From positions 62,001 to 126,000 of the forward strand of contig MU058463.1 of assembly GCA_013265495.1 (NCBI GenBank): a stretch of 64,000 nucleotides of DNA, given 5' to 3'. Below are positions 1 to 12,936 of the stretch, piece by piece. Position numbers and translations under genes: made by a program. Below the pieces are notes generated by a model. The model did no database searches. It was given only the letters and a program-made list of their open reading frames with translations, and was not told the origin of the DNA. Within the stretch, counting starts at the first letter, position 1, and the number at the start of each line of letters is the position of its first letter. Source of the stretch: Vicugna vicugna. Lineage: Eukaryota.

Positions 1-168
1 TTTTTTAATTCTATTCAGACCTTTAACTGATTAGATGGGACCCATCCACCTTAGGGAGGACATTCTGCAAATTCATATGTTAGTCTCATCCAGAAACACC
101 CTCACAAACATACCCAGAATAATGTTTGATCAAATATCTGCATACCCTGTGCCCCAGTCCAGTTGATA
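1..168 (-). mobile_element. MLT2-family (ERVL) LTR fragment, cut by Tigger1 insertion
   Basis: Matches reverse of the MLT2 5' region (cagacctttaactgattagatgggacccatccac ... cagaataatgtttgatcaaatatctg ... ccagtccagttgataca). Confidence 0.75.
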
Positions 169-618
169 CAGTCATACATCATTTTATTGCACTTTGCTTT
201 ATTACACTTTACAGACACTGCATTTTTTTTTTTAACAGATTGAAGGTTTGTGGCAACCCTGTGTCAAGCAAGTCTATTGATGCCATTTTTCAATAGCATT
301 TTCTGAGTTCCTATCTCTGTGTCACATTTTGGTAATTCTTGTGATATTTCAATCTTTTTCATTATGATTTATATTTGTCGTGGTGATCTGTGATCAGTGA
401 TTTTGATGTTACCACTATGACTTGCTGAAGACTCAGATGATGATTATCATTTTTTAGCATAAACTATTTTTAATTAAGTTTTTACATTTTTTAGACACAA
501 TGCTATTGCACACTTAATCTACAAGTACAGCGCAAACATAACTTTCAGGTGTACTGAGAAACCAAAAAATTTGTGTGACTCACTGTATTGTGGTATTTAT
601 TTTATTGCTATGGTCTGG
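169..618 (+). mobile_element. Internally deleted Tigger1-derived DNA transposon (TcMar-Tigger)
   Basis: Begins after TA with cagtcatacatcattttattgcactttgctttatt. Contains gaaggtttgtggcaaccctg. Near 415 it jumps to the Tigger1 3' part (gctgaagactcagatgat ... aaccaaaaaatttgtgtgactc ... tttattgctatggtctgg). Right TIR appears truncated. Confidence 0.85.
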
Positions 619-839
619 GTTGCATTCTGTTTGGCTGTTAAAAAGATGAGACTTTTTTTTGCCTTTGCAGTTTCTTAGTGGATTGCCTATAGTGCATGTC
701 ACATTCTGTTTCAAGGGTTATTTAAAAATAAAATTGTTTTCTTTCTCTTCTACTTTTGTGGAGAGATTTCCTGAGTTAGAATGAGATTTTAGTTTTAATT
801 ACATTTCCCAAAACTATATGTGTGAGATTGTTTCTGAAC

Positions 840-1230
840 TTTTTTATTTGTTCAGTTGGCCTACTGGTCTATAATTGTATATTGAATTAATTACTGTAGT
901 TTTATCTTTTATTATATCTGCTAGAGGAGGTCCTCCTAACTTGTTCTTTTTCTTTAAGAGTGTCTTGGCTTTCATTTTTATTTCTGTATATTATAGTTTT
1001 GTTTTTTAAGTTTCTCAAAGATCAAAACAAACAAAATTGCCTGGTAGGAATTTTACTGAGGTAACTTCTATCTTTAGATAAATTTGGGGAAAATTGAATT
1101 CTCTTATATATTGCTTCTGACAATCCACAAACATCTCATAATGTCTCTTTATGACATTACTTTAAATATATTTTGATTTAAAAATTTTTATAAATAGAAT
1201 TCTTTTACATATTTGTTAGTTTTTATGCTT
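840..1230 (-). mobile_element. Old L1 ORF2 fragment
   Basis: Antisense L1-like motifs (ttgttctttttctttaagagtgtcttggct, tagataaatttggggaaaattga). Highly diverged. Confidence 0.55.
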
Positions 1231-1481
1231 TTTTAAAAATTTTATTGAGGAATAAAATACTCAGAGGAAAGTACACAGCAAATTATCATAAGATGAATGC
1301 ATCTATAGTATTTTGTGATAGCACCACAAATGGACTGATACAGGGAGCCTTCAAAATGAATCCTCAAAGACTGATTATCTAGTTGGGATAAATCACATGA
1401 GACATACGCAGCTGTGAACTTTTTTACATAATAAAATACTTTCTGTTTTAGCTGCTATGCTTTAGGGCGATTTGTTGTATA

Positions 1482-1587
<106 letters not shown>

Positions 1588-1599
1588 ACTTTCAAACAA

Positions 1600-1860
1600 G
1601 CATTATCCATTATATCTTAAAGTGGGGCCAATCTAAATTCATACCAGTAGTAGAATGGTTATACTATTTATAGAATAATATAATGAAATTCTATGAAAAT
1701 AAATGAATGAATTGCCACAATAGATCAAAACATTCAAACATAATTTTAGCAGAAGAGAAGACTAGAACCACTCAGAGTGATTTCATTCATATGAAGTTGA
1801 ATAGTAGCAGATCTAATTGATCTAGTTTAGGGTCAAATATATGTGATCATAGTAGCTAAG
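1600..1860 (+). mobile_element. Old L1 (L1ME-like) 3' fragment
   Basis: Diverged L1 3' motifs (cagtagtagaatgg, aaataaatgaatgaa, gatttcattcatatgaagtt). Confidence 0.45.
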
Positions 1861-2114
1861 GCAATTTTTTTTAATGTAATATTGTAGAACAAAAAAAATA
1901 TAGCATTATTAAGTGAGAGGAACAGAATAAGAAATGTATGTTCACAGAGAAACATATTGTCCTATTTCTCAGCTGCAAAACGTTTTCTTCATTGTAAGAG
2001 AATATAAGTAAAATCAAGTACAATTTATATATACATATTATCTCATTTTGAATAGCATTAATACTAAGATATTCTTAAAAAATAATTTACCCTATTCCAA
2101 AATTCATTATGCCT

Positions 2115-4440
2115 ATGGCAGACACTGCTTGGTGTTCATCAAATATCTTTTTCCTAATTTTCCTGATGAATAAAAAATTACCTCAAAATTAAGAAACTTA
2201 AAGCAACAAATACTATTTTCTCAGAGTTTCTGTTGGTCAGTAATGTGTGTGTGGGTTCTCTGAATATTCTGGCTGTGAGTCGCTCACAAGGCCCCGGTCA
2301 AGGTGTTGGCAGGCTACAGCTGTCTTCTCGATAGGGGCAGAAATTGATTTTAATAAGCTCGTTCATGTGGCTGTTGACATGACCAAGTTCCCATTGGGAT
2401 GTTGACAGGGGGACACCCTCAGTTCCTTTCCAGGAAGAGCTCTCCACAGTATAGCCCAGAACATCACAGCTTGCTTCATCAAAGAAAGCAAGTTGGGAGA
2501 GCAAGAGAGAGAGCGAGAGAGCAAACAAGACAAAAGAGGGTGTTTTATAAGGTGATCTCTGAAGTGTTATCTGGTTTCTTTTACCATATTGAATTTGTTG
2601 GAAGCAAGTCACTAAGTCCAGCCCTCACAGAAGGGGAGTGGATTAGGAAGGGTGTAAATATCACAAGGCACAGATCATTTGGAAGCATTGGGGGGGCTCA
2701 CTACCACACTTTAGTTCACAGGTATCACATTTCCCACTTCTTCCTATAACTAAGTGTTCCATACGACTGAGTTGTACTCAGTGGAGAATGAGAAGATATG
2801 AACATACATTACTGTGTACACAAGACATTTTTAGGAAAAATAAAGTATTTATGCAATGTAATTTTTCACCTAAAAATAATGAAAAGAATATTTTCATCCT
2901 CTGGGTGAAAGAATAGCAAGATAGTAAGAGGTTTAGCCTATGAATTGCCATATGTAGGAGAGCTCTCTGCAAAAAGAGCTTGGGATATTAAATTACTCCA
3001 TGTAGGAGGAACATCTGCACCAAATTATTATGTGAGTGAGAATATACTCTGCTATGCTGCAGTCAGTATACACATGTGCTTATTTGTTACTACAGTCACG
3101 TCTACCTTAAGTAATAGAAAATTCTATGATTTAATGTGGGATCCTGCAATAGCAGTAACAAAATATGTAGCATTGCTCAGCAGCAGAGAGTGAAGAAATA
3201 GATTAATGAAGCTGAAAAATGAGATTACCTGCAATGTAGTGGCAAAATATGTAATAACATGTTTGCTTCTGAAAACCTGAAAGTCAGAATAAGTGCCAAC
3301 TTGTCTGAAATTCTAGAAGCTGATATCAGAAAGAATATTAGTGTGCGTTGATTACCACCACTTGATTTGGAAGAGTTGTATCAAAGAGACGACTAAAGTG
3401 AGAACTGTCTTTTCTCTGAGCAGGGATGAAGTGGAGAAGGAGAGTCCAGAAGTGTAGCTTCAGAGGTTTGAAAAAGATGCTTTTGGATCCAAAAAAGAAG
3501 GAAAGAAGACTAAAATAATAGACTTTGAGCAAAAAAGCCCATTGTTTTAAATTTTTTCAGTTAAATGAAGATTTTTTTCACTCTATAGGAAAAAAATGGA
3601 TTAAATGTGGTATCTTCCTGCAATCCTGTTTATCTCAGATGTTTTCAATGTAGGCAAATGTGAGCAGAGAAAGAGGTAAGGAGACAAAGAAATGAAGCAA
3701 ACTTGAGAACAGTGAAAAGGAAATAATCTTATGTGTGGCTACAGGAACTGGGAATCGAGTAGAATTGACTGGAAATGCCTGGAGACAGATGATTCTAGTC
3801 AGTTTTACAGTTGCACAGAAAATAGCATTGCCAAGGAAACCATGAGCAAAGCTTAAAAATAACCTTTGTGCATCTTGAACAAGATGATTGATAGTAGACA
3901 GACAGACAGCCTTAGGAGGGCTGTGTGATAGCTCACAAAGAGGAAATATTCTGGAATGTGCTGTCAGAATTTCAGACGTGGTCATGGAGGACAACAAATG
4001 AGAATTAGTTCTCTTAGAGCAGGATGGAGCTAATAGAGAAAGATGCACAAAAGTGTTCCTTCCAAAGAGTAAATCCAGAGTCTAACTGAAGAATTTCCTC
4101 CATTATAGTAGGTGAGTGAATTCAGCCTTTGTCATGTGAGCACAAAGGATATATGCCATTTCCAGATCAAGGATTTTAAGAAAAATGCATTTCCATCTAC
4201 ACTCCCTTTACCTTCTATGGCTAGAAGTGAAAGAGTTTAACACTGAGGATGGTGGATTCACATTAGGAATGGACCTTGGTACCTCAACAACTGCATTCTC
4301 AATAACTGCCTTACGGTTAGTCTTCTGACTGAAACTGCTCACCCCACTATAAGTGTATAAATAAATAACTTCTATTTTGTTTAAGCCATTGCTTATTTTT
4401 GGTTTATTTATTAAATTATACTAACTTATTCTGTTAACAT
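2115..4440 (+). mobile_element. Old MaLR (MLT1J/K-like) element: 5' LTR, internal region and 3' LTR
   Basis: LTR start tatggcagacac at ~2115, resuming after a nested insert at ~2710 (catttcccac...taagtgttccatacgactgagtt). MaLR-int motifs at ~3130-4090 (gcagtaacaaaatatgtagcattg; tgtggctacaggaactggga). Second LTR ~4100-4440 ends aaataacttctattttgtttaagccattg. Confidence 0.6.
2172..2709 (-). mobile_element. MLT1F-like MaLR LTR nested in the older MLT1 LTR
   Basis: Motifs cagcttgcttcatcaaag, gaagcaagtcactaagtccagccctcac and terminal ctaccaca. Explains ORFs 2298-2612 and 2399-2749. Confidence 0.8.
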
Positions 4441-5479
4441 ACTCAGATTGCCTCTTAAATATGTGGTGAGGATGGTGATGACAGCATAAGTTTTTACTGG
4501 TGGTGACAGTGGTGTGTGTGTGTGTGTGTGATCAGACTTGGAGAAACATTTAATAATCAACTGTTGTCTTCTTTCATTCTATGAGGGTTTAGTGGCATGA
4601 ATGAAAGCACTAAAGATTTTCCCATTTTTTTTTACTTTCTAGAAGATGATTAAAAGGGAAGAATTTATATGAATTATCTGGGATTTCTATTATTATAAAT
4701 TGTGTGATTATTGAAATAATTTAGGGGGAATTATAAAAATTCCTAAAGGTCTTGAACTGTACAGGAAATACAGAGCTTATGTCACCCTGGAGAAGTGATA
4801 TTTCTGCCATGTTAAAGCTGATATGTATTGGCCAGATCTTAGTGCACATAGGGTTGTTAAAAGCAGTGTATGATGTGACTCAAAAGTATTACTTCCTAGT
4901 TGAAAATCATGCATAAATGCAGGACCAGAAGACATAATGCTTAAGTACTTATATATTCATTTAAAAATTGCTGCGCTCCTTCTGTGTATCTGGCATTCTG
5001 CTGTTTACTGGGGGTGCAATGGCAAGAGAGATATGTTTTGTCTCTATTCCCAGGATGCAAATGGCTGCTGACAATTATTGCAATTCCTGATTCAGTAGTA
5101 ATAGACAAGGCTATTTTTCCCTATATTTATTGAAGTATTTAACTATTATATAGGAAAATTAAATAATTTAAAACAAAAAACTCTTATTAGAAAGATAGTA
5201 AATTGTCTGTTATGGTTTTCACCACATTTAAAAAAAAGAATATTCAATCTTTTTTGAAACAAAAGCCTTCTTAAGAGCTAAACACACACATGTTAGAACT
5301 GATAAGGCTTGTTTTCTTTTTTCACAGTGGTAGTGATTGGTTTGTTTTGGTGGTTGTGTTATTTTCATTTGTGCCTAAAATGACTGTCTTTTCTCTGTGA
5401 CAAAAATTTATGAAGACATAAACTTTCCTGTTATTTTCTTAAAACATCATTTCTGAGACAATAATTTATATTGGCCCTT

Positions 5480-5820
5480 ATGTTAAATAATACCAAGAAT
5501 GAACTGTAATAACGTAGTTATACGTAACAAAAATACTTGCTTCTGGAAAACGTCTGTGAGCTAATTGAATCGCTTTTGGATCACAATCACAGGTTACTCG
5601 TCAAGGTTTGCAAGACTCACTCTGCTCACCAACACAAAACTATTATTTAATAAACATCCTGAGCCCTTAAGCCCTATAAATATCTTCCTTCAGTTTCCAC
5701 ATTTTGAGATACTATAAAAATATACTTAAGATTCATTTTCCCTTGTTGCAGTAGACCTAATAAACTTAGCTTTGCTTGATTAGTAGGTTTTCTTGGGGGT
5801 CTTCTAAGAGGTTTATGGTC
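5480..5820 (+). mobile_element. ERV-type LTR fragment (MER34-like, family uncertain)
   Basis: TATA-like cctataaatat, then ttttgagatacta, then aataaacttagctttgcttgat, a typical LTR U3-R-U5 end. Confidence 0.45.
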
Positions 5821-8014
5821 CGTTACTTTTCATAAACCATTATCCTTAGAACCAGAAGTCAGATATTGCAATAATCAATTAAGTAAGGCATTATAATCAG
5901 GCATATCCTATTGTGGCTTGCATGCATGTGTACACACACACACATACACACACACACATACAATCACAGTTGTTTCAGTTTTATAAAATGAGTTTATCAC
6001 TTCAGTTTGCTCAGAGGAAGGCGGAACATTCTGAGAATTTGTAATCATAGGAATTATTACACTTAACTTTTATTTCAGAGTATGTGATTATTTCCTATCA
6101 AATGGAACCATAAATTTATAGATTCTACCAAATATTAAATATTAGGTTTGGGAGCTTGAGATTGAGTTTAACAAAGGAAAAGCCAAAACAAGATTTTGTG
6201 GTATAGGCCTTATAATTACCCCAGGAAACATGCAGCTGGTTTACTCCCTCACCTGTTTTAATGATAAAAACACCGACTACATTTGCACTTCCTTTTATGT
6301 CTAACGACACTGAAAGGGTTTGAGGAGATCCTTCTAATATACACTTGAGCTAGAGACATGAGAGAAATGATATCTGTTGATTAGCCACTGTGACCGTTCA
6401 TAATACATGGACATAGTCTACTCTTAACACAGCTGAATATCTTTCAACTTGTTTCCCCCTTCCCCCTCCTCAAGAATAAAGGAAAAAAGAAAGCAAAGCA
6501 GAATGTTTTTAGGACAAAATCTCCACTATAATTTTCCCCCAAAATGGCTGGCCATAAGAAACATAAACAGTTTCTACTAGTTTCAGAGGGAGAGAAGCAC
6601 TAGCGGTCAGAACCTGGTAGGAAATGGCAGCAAAAATCTTACAGGCAGAAGAAATAGACATTCACTGTAATTGAAGGAATAAAGCGGTTGTCAGAGCAGT
6701 GGGCACGAGAAGAGAGAGCCTGCACTGCTGCAGGCAGTAGCACTATTTATACCTGAGTATCAAGCAATGTTCTAAAGGAAATAATTGGAGATAAGTAAAA
6801 ATGTCCTAAGGATTTATTAATGTTTTATTCTCTTTTTGATTAATGTAGTAACTCTCATTTCTAATTCATAATATAACTAGAGGTCTGATTCTGTTCTACA
6901 GTATTTCATTGGCACTAATTATTTCTGAAATTTCACAGTGAGAAATCACAAAGGAAATTTCCGTGTGGTGCTCATTATACCTGTACTTAAGGAGATTCTT
7001 TAGCGTCTTCAGTGGATCAATATGCTTAGTACACTGGTTAGAAAACCACAATGCACAATGGGTGAGCCTTGCGAGACTTTATAATTCCAATGCCTGATCT
7101 TTCCATTGCGGGAAAATTAAAATAAAATAAACAAATATACAACATATAAAACGTACAAAATAATAAGCTCTCTCTCGAAAACAAACTTCAAAGACCTTTA
7201 GTAGACTAGTAATAAAATCTTTTCTACTTGAGAGCCTCTTTTACTGAACAGATAGGGATTTTGATTTTGAATTCTGTTAAAAAAGATCTGTATTTATCCT
7301 ACAAAAATGTGGCATAGTTACTTATTTCAATAGATGTTTGTTAATAAATAATATCGCCAGACATCAACCTATACTTGAAATGTAGCTAAAGGAATCCTTT
7401 CTGACCTCTAACTTCTATATCATCTTGAATATTTTCATAAATAGTTTCTATACTAGCTCTATTATTGAAGGTGTAAATGCATACATTTTAAGATATAATG
7501 ATCTTGAGCCATCTTATGTGACTAAGAAATAGTGTAAACATCATTTATATTATTAAACATACTGGATTTGGAGATTTTTCAAGGGGCAACAGTAAACAGT
7601 GAGGAGAGTAAACTGTTATTGCTTTGGTACTTTGCTGGGGATGGAGAAACAAGATGGAAACACAGATTAGGATTTAATAAAAGATATCCCATGAATTTTA
7701 CCACAAATATTTACTCTAAAATTCAGAGCTCAGTTTTCTTTTAACTAGGTAGAGCCCTCAGTATATTCAATATATAGAGGACTTAGACACAGCCCTCAAA
7801 ATGAGAAATAAAATTAAATATATGAAAACATGCATTAAAGACACTAAGATGAAGAAAGAACTCTCAAATGAAATCTGGAAGCTGGAATGGGATTGCCAAT
7901 ATTGAAATTTTCTCCAGTTTTCAAGATGGCAGGCTCATTTCACATGATAGCTACTAGCATTCGTAGGCATATTTTCCCTTCAAAATATGTAATTATGTTT
8001 CCACAATTACTCAC

Positions 8015-8371
8015 TCACTGGTTGAATGTTTGTGTCTTCCCAAAATCCACATGTTGAAATCCTAATGCTCAGTTTGATGGTATTAGGAGGTGGGGCCTTT
8101 TGGAGATGATTGGGTTATGAGAGCAGAGTCCTCATGAAAGAGAATAACGTTCTTATAAAAGAGGCCCTAGAGAGTTCCCTTGAACCTCCCACCATGTGAG
8201 GACACAGCACGAAGTCAGCAGTCTGCAACCCAGAACAAGGCTTCTGCAGAACTCAACCATGCTGGCACTTTGATCTTGGAATTCTAGTCTCCAGAATGTG
8301 AGGAATACATTTCTGTTATTATAAGCTACATAGTCTGTGGTATTGTTATAATAGCCTGGATAGATTAAGAT
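8015..8371 (+). mobile_element. MLT1A0-like MaLR solo LTR
   Basis: gaatgtttgtgtc...atgttgaaatcctaat...ggtattaggaggtggggcctt...catgtgaggacacagc...catgctggcactttgatcttgga...ctgtggtattgttataatagcc. Confidence 0.9.
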
Positions 8372-8734
8372 ACCTCTTGATGAGATACTGCTCTTTCTTG
8401 AGTTTATGTTACAAAATATAAACCTCAACAAAATCCAGATGTCCTCTATGCATATAAAATTAAGAAAAATTTTCTTTTCCTTCTCCTTTTTTGATATGTA
8501 CTCCATCTCCTCCCTTTATGCTTAACACCAAAAGCTGCTGTATCTGTGATGGTTTTTGGCTCTTAGCAACAATACGGGTCTATGTTGTACTATCTCTTTG
8601 CTTCTGAGTTCAATATCTTACTTGGGATTCTGTGCCCCTTGTGTTACATATGTTATATAGGTGTGATTACGGTTCTGTGGTTTTTTTTCCCTGGACTTTT
8701 GGAAGATGTGATTCAGTGAAGTGTTATTATTTAT

Positions 8735-8925
8735 TTGCAAAATAGCACACATTCAAAAAATTAAAAATCCAGTTAAGTTTGAATATCAGATAAACAAAAA
8801 ATCATTTTCAGTATAAGTGTGTCTCAGGCAATTGCAAATTTTATACTAAAAGTCATTTTGTTGTTTATCTGAAATTCAAGTTTAACTGGGCTCTCGAACC
8901 TCTCTTTGCTAAATCTGGCAACTCC
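8735..8925 (-). mobile_element. MER53 palindromic hAT-type MITE
   Basis: Arms ccagttaagtttgaatatcagataaacaa and ttgtttatctgaaattcaagtttaactgg. End ttgctaaatctggcaactc. Confidence 0.85.
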
Positions 8926-9499
8926 AGGCACATTTGAAAAATGGCTTGGTTTCAGTTCAACTGTGGTGATTATACTGCAGCAATACTGTTTCCAGCAGGA
9001 GATGTCTAAGTCGAAGGTTAGTAATTAATGTGTATTTTTAAATTTCCCATTAAAAAGTCAATTGGTGTATATTTTTTCTCTGGAAATTTAATACCTGGTG
9101 TTACTGTCTTTTTTCCTCCAAATTTGGATCTTTCTGTTTTAAGAAGACTATATAAATTGGGTAATTTTTTATTCTAGCATATGGGGCTCATTACACAACC
9201 AGATTGAGGTCCGTTGCAAAGATGGTCAGTCAGAGACTTCATCTGTTAATATGGTCAGAAGCTCCAGCAAGTTGTCCAATCAAACTGTGCAAATAATAAT
9301 ATTGGTGTATTACCTGATCATCTTCCAGTTCCTGTGTATGTTCTCAATTTTTCAAATATTCAAAAAAGAAGAAAGGGAATGAACACACCCTCTACCCTAC
9401 ATGAAGTAAAAGGAAAATGAAACTGAGATCAGATAGGGTGTAGGAAAGGTTGTGAAAACAATAGGAAATATTAGATTTTATTTAAGTGATATAACAAAA

Positions 9500-10080
9500 A
9501 TATGATTAGATGTAAAGAGAAAAGAGTCCCTGTGATATCCTCCATTTTTGCTGTGTAGTGGGAAATGAGATGATCTAAGGAGGTTGTGAGGAACACACAG
9601 AAGGTTTAGAAAAGAAATTGTGGAGAGGTGCAGAGCTGCCAATTTGGAAAAACATTATGATTTGCAGTTAAACAGTAAAGTGTACATGAAGTTGAGTACT
9701 ATGAATTTATTGTAATTTCATTCTATAAATTTGTGAAATTATTTTCAGCAATTAGGAGAGACAAGGAGAAGATTAATTGAAATAATTTGAGACTTGTACA
9801 TAAATGTCATTGTACAGGCATAAGGATTAATATCACTGCCATGGAAAACGTCAACTTCCTGAGCATGGATATAAACTAGGTAGACACATTTGTAAAGTCT
9901 GCAGGAAGTGGGAAGATAAATATCAAGTAAAACTATAATTATGTCTGAGGGATCTTTATGAGGTTGACTAGCAAGCATAATGATGATAAACTGAATCCAA
10001 ATTAAATGTTGAAGATATATAAATAAAGAGTGAAATATCTGGCTGTGAAATAGTCTGTGTGAGTACAGTTGCTAAAGTAT
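9500..10080 (-). mobile_element. Probable L2 fragment
   Basis: Purine-rich diverged L2-like antisense motifs (tttttgctgtgtagtgggaaatgagatgatct). Confidence 0.35.
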
Positions 10081-10439
10081 TCCTAGGATCCAGTGACCTC
10101 AGTGAAGCATCATACAGTTCTTAGATACTTGCTTAAAATTTATAAATTATTTTCTCCCAATACTTTCCCCAGAAGGATTAAATGAATGAAAAATTTAGTC
10201 ACCCAGGCTTCAAATTGAATATCTCAATTTTTAGAGTATTTTTACTTCATTTTTCCTTCAATTTTTGTGTGTAAAACTTTTACTGTGATGTATACATTCT
10301 GTACTTTGGTTGTTGTTGGAACTGTATTCCACGCAGGTGGATGCAACTGACTATTCCAGATATACTTTCTGTTAAATGTTCTTGTTGGTTTGTGTTCTTG
10401 TTCACCTTCAATTTTGTATAACCACATGTTAAGTCCAGT

Positions 10440-10720
10440 AGTTTTCTACAGCATGGTTTGTGTAAATGCCTTTAATTGCCACTCTGTCCTGTACTTAAGA
10501 GCATTAAAGATAATTCTGCCAGGATCATCTCCACTTAGTTCAATTGTCAATATATTGTTCATGAGGATAACTTTGGGTCGCTCTTCAGTGATTCATTAAA
10601 TCTGGTCTCATTTTTACAGGTGGAAGATTACACATTCTGGTTTTCAAGAATGGCATGGTATGTCCTTTCTATTTGGGATACTGAGATAGGGCTCTGGTTT
10701 ACTGAGAATCTTTTATATTT
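10440..10720 (-). mobile_element. Possible ancient non-LTR retrotransposon ORF2 C-terminal fossil (RTE-X/L4-like)
   Basis: Manual minus-strand translation across frameshifts gives KILSKPEPYLSIPNRKD / YHAIL / KTRMCNLPPVKM / TRFNES / GDDPGRIIFNALKYRTEW, in the order of the EPYL..R..LTKFR.S...L.IE.GR.....ED..HFL..C..Y..R motif. Confidence 0.35.
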
Positions 10721-12718
10721 TCACTTATATGAACAGCTTACAAAACTCCTTCTAGAACATTTTGTAGTTACTAAAATCATAAAAAAAAGTGTTATGACAA
10801 ATTATTTCTTAGTATTATCCATATGTCTAGAATTACCTCAAAAACAGTATGCATATAACCAGAAAAGGTGAAAATCTCTAATAGAGCAACATTCAAAAGC
10901 ACAGTCGTATGAATAATGAGATTATAAAAATTACTCATTTATAAAATTCTGTACAAAATGAAACAATGAATCTATGAGAGTTGAAGGGAGAAATAAACCG
11001 TAATAAAATAATAGTAGAGGGTTTCAATACTCCATTTTACACAATGGATAGATCATCCAGACAGAAAATCAACAAGAAAACATTAGAGTTGAATGATAAT
11101 CAGAAAGAAGTAAAATTGTCTCTGTTTGCAAATGACATGATTGTAGATATAGAAAACCGTAAAGACTCCACCAAAATACTGTTAGAATGAATTAATTCAG
11201 TAAGGATGCAGGATGCAAAATCAACATACAATTTCAATTGCTCTTCTATACACTATCAACAAATTATGTGAAAGAGAAATTAGGCAACAATCTAATTTCC
11301 AATAGCATCAAAAATTATAAAGTACTTAGAAATAAATTTAAACAATGAGGTAAAACACTTGTACACTGAAACTATAAGACATCGGTGATAAAAAAAAATG
11401 AAGAAGACACAAATAGAAAGATAGCCTATGTTTGTGGATGGAATAATTCATATTGTTAAAAATACCCATACTGCCCAAAGTAATCTACAGATTCAGTGCA
11501 ATTCTTATCAAAATTCTACTGGCATTTTTTACATAAATAGAAAAAAAAATCCTAAAATTTGTATGGAACCACAAGAGACTCCAACTAGCCAAAGCAATCT
11601 TGAGAAAAAAGAACAAAGCTAGAGGCATCACATTTCCTGATTTCAAACTATATTACAAAGCTATAATAATCAAAGCAATATGATTGCTGGTACTGACATC
11701 AAAAACTGACACAGAGCTACGGAATAAAATAAGGAGCCCAGAAATAAAACCATGCAAATTAATTCAATTAATCTTTGACAAGGACATCAAAAATACACAA
11801 TAGGGAAAGGATAGTCTCTTCAGTAAATTGTATTGGGGACACTAGATATGCACATAAATAATTAAAATGGATAGACAAATAAAAGAATGAAACTGAATCC
11901 CTATCACATGCCACAAACAAAAGTTAACTTGAAATGGATTAAACTTAAACATAAGACCTGAAACTGTAAAACTCCTAGAAGAAAACAGAGGGAAAAAGTC
12001 CCTTGACATTGACATTGGCAATGATTTTTTGGATATAACATCAAAAGCATAGGCAACAAAAGCAAAAATAAATAAATGGGACTATATCAAGCTACAGTTT
12101 TTGTATAGCAAAGGTTACTATCAACAGAGTGAATAGGCAACCTATGGCATGGGAGAAAATATTTGGAAACCAAATCTGATAAGGGGTTAAGTTCCAGATA
12201 TATAAGGAACTCATACAACTCAACTGCAGAAACAAAAACAAATAATCCAATTTAAAAATGAGTAAAGGAACTGACTAATCATCTCTTTAAAATACGCATA
12301 CAAGTGACCAACGGGTACATGATAAAGTGCTCAGCATTACTAACCATCAAGGAAATGAAAATCAAAACCACAATGAAGTATCACCTCACACCTCTTAAGA
12401 TGGCTATTATCAAAAGACAAGGATAGCATGTATTGTTGAGACTATGGAGAAAAGGAAATCCTGTGCACTGTTGGTGGGGATGTAAATTGCTGCAGCCTCT
12501 ATGGAAAACAATACAGAGGTTTTCCTCAAAAAAAAAAAAAAAAAGTAAAACTACCTTATTTCCCAGCAATATCACTTCTGGGTATATAGCCAAAGGAAAC
12601 AAAATCAGTATTTCAAAGACATATCAGCAATCCCATGCTCATTGTAGCACTGTTCATAATAGTCATAGTGGAGGCAACCTAAGTGTCCATTGATGTAAGA
12701 ATGGATAAAAAATGTGAT

Positions 12719-12753
12719 ACACACACACACACACACACACATACACACACACA
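12719..12753. repeat. (CA)n microsatellite within L1
   Basis: Direct observation. Confidence 0.9.
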
Positions 12754-12886
12754 AGAATATTATTCAGCCATTTAGAAAGAAGGAAATCCTGCCATTTTCA
12801 ATAAGGGATGAACCTGAAAGACATTAAGCTAAGTTAAATTAGCCAGAGAAAACAAAAACTATTATGATCTCACTTATATGTGGGAT

Positions 12887-12887
<1 letters not shown>

Positions 12888-12923
<36 letters not shown>

Positions 12924-12936
12924 CAACAACAACAAC
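12888..12936. repeat. Compound (TAA)n(CAA)n microsatellite within L1 3' UTR
   Basis: Direct observation. Confidence 0.9.

Noticed and set aside
8957..9017. Exon-like 61 nt ending MSKSK|gttagt, also a weak CTCF-like motif
   Set aside because: Weak acceptor, no identifiable protein, and the CTCF core mismatches at key positions.
10430..10560. Alternative frame IKGIYTNHAVENYW resembling a MULE/Merlin transposase motif
   Set aside because: The frame has several stops and no other transposase motif. The non-LTR reading explains more of the region.
10620..10657. 38-nt exon-like segment (tttttacag|...|gtatgt)
   Set aside because: No recognisable peptide, not frame-preserving, and it lies antisense within the suspected LINE fossil.
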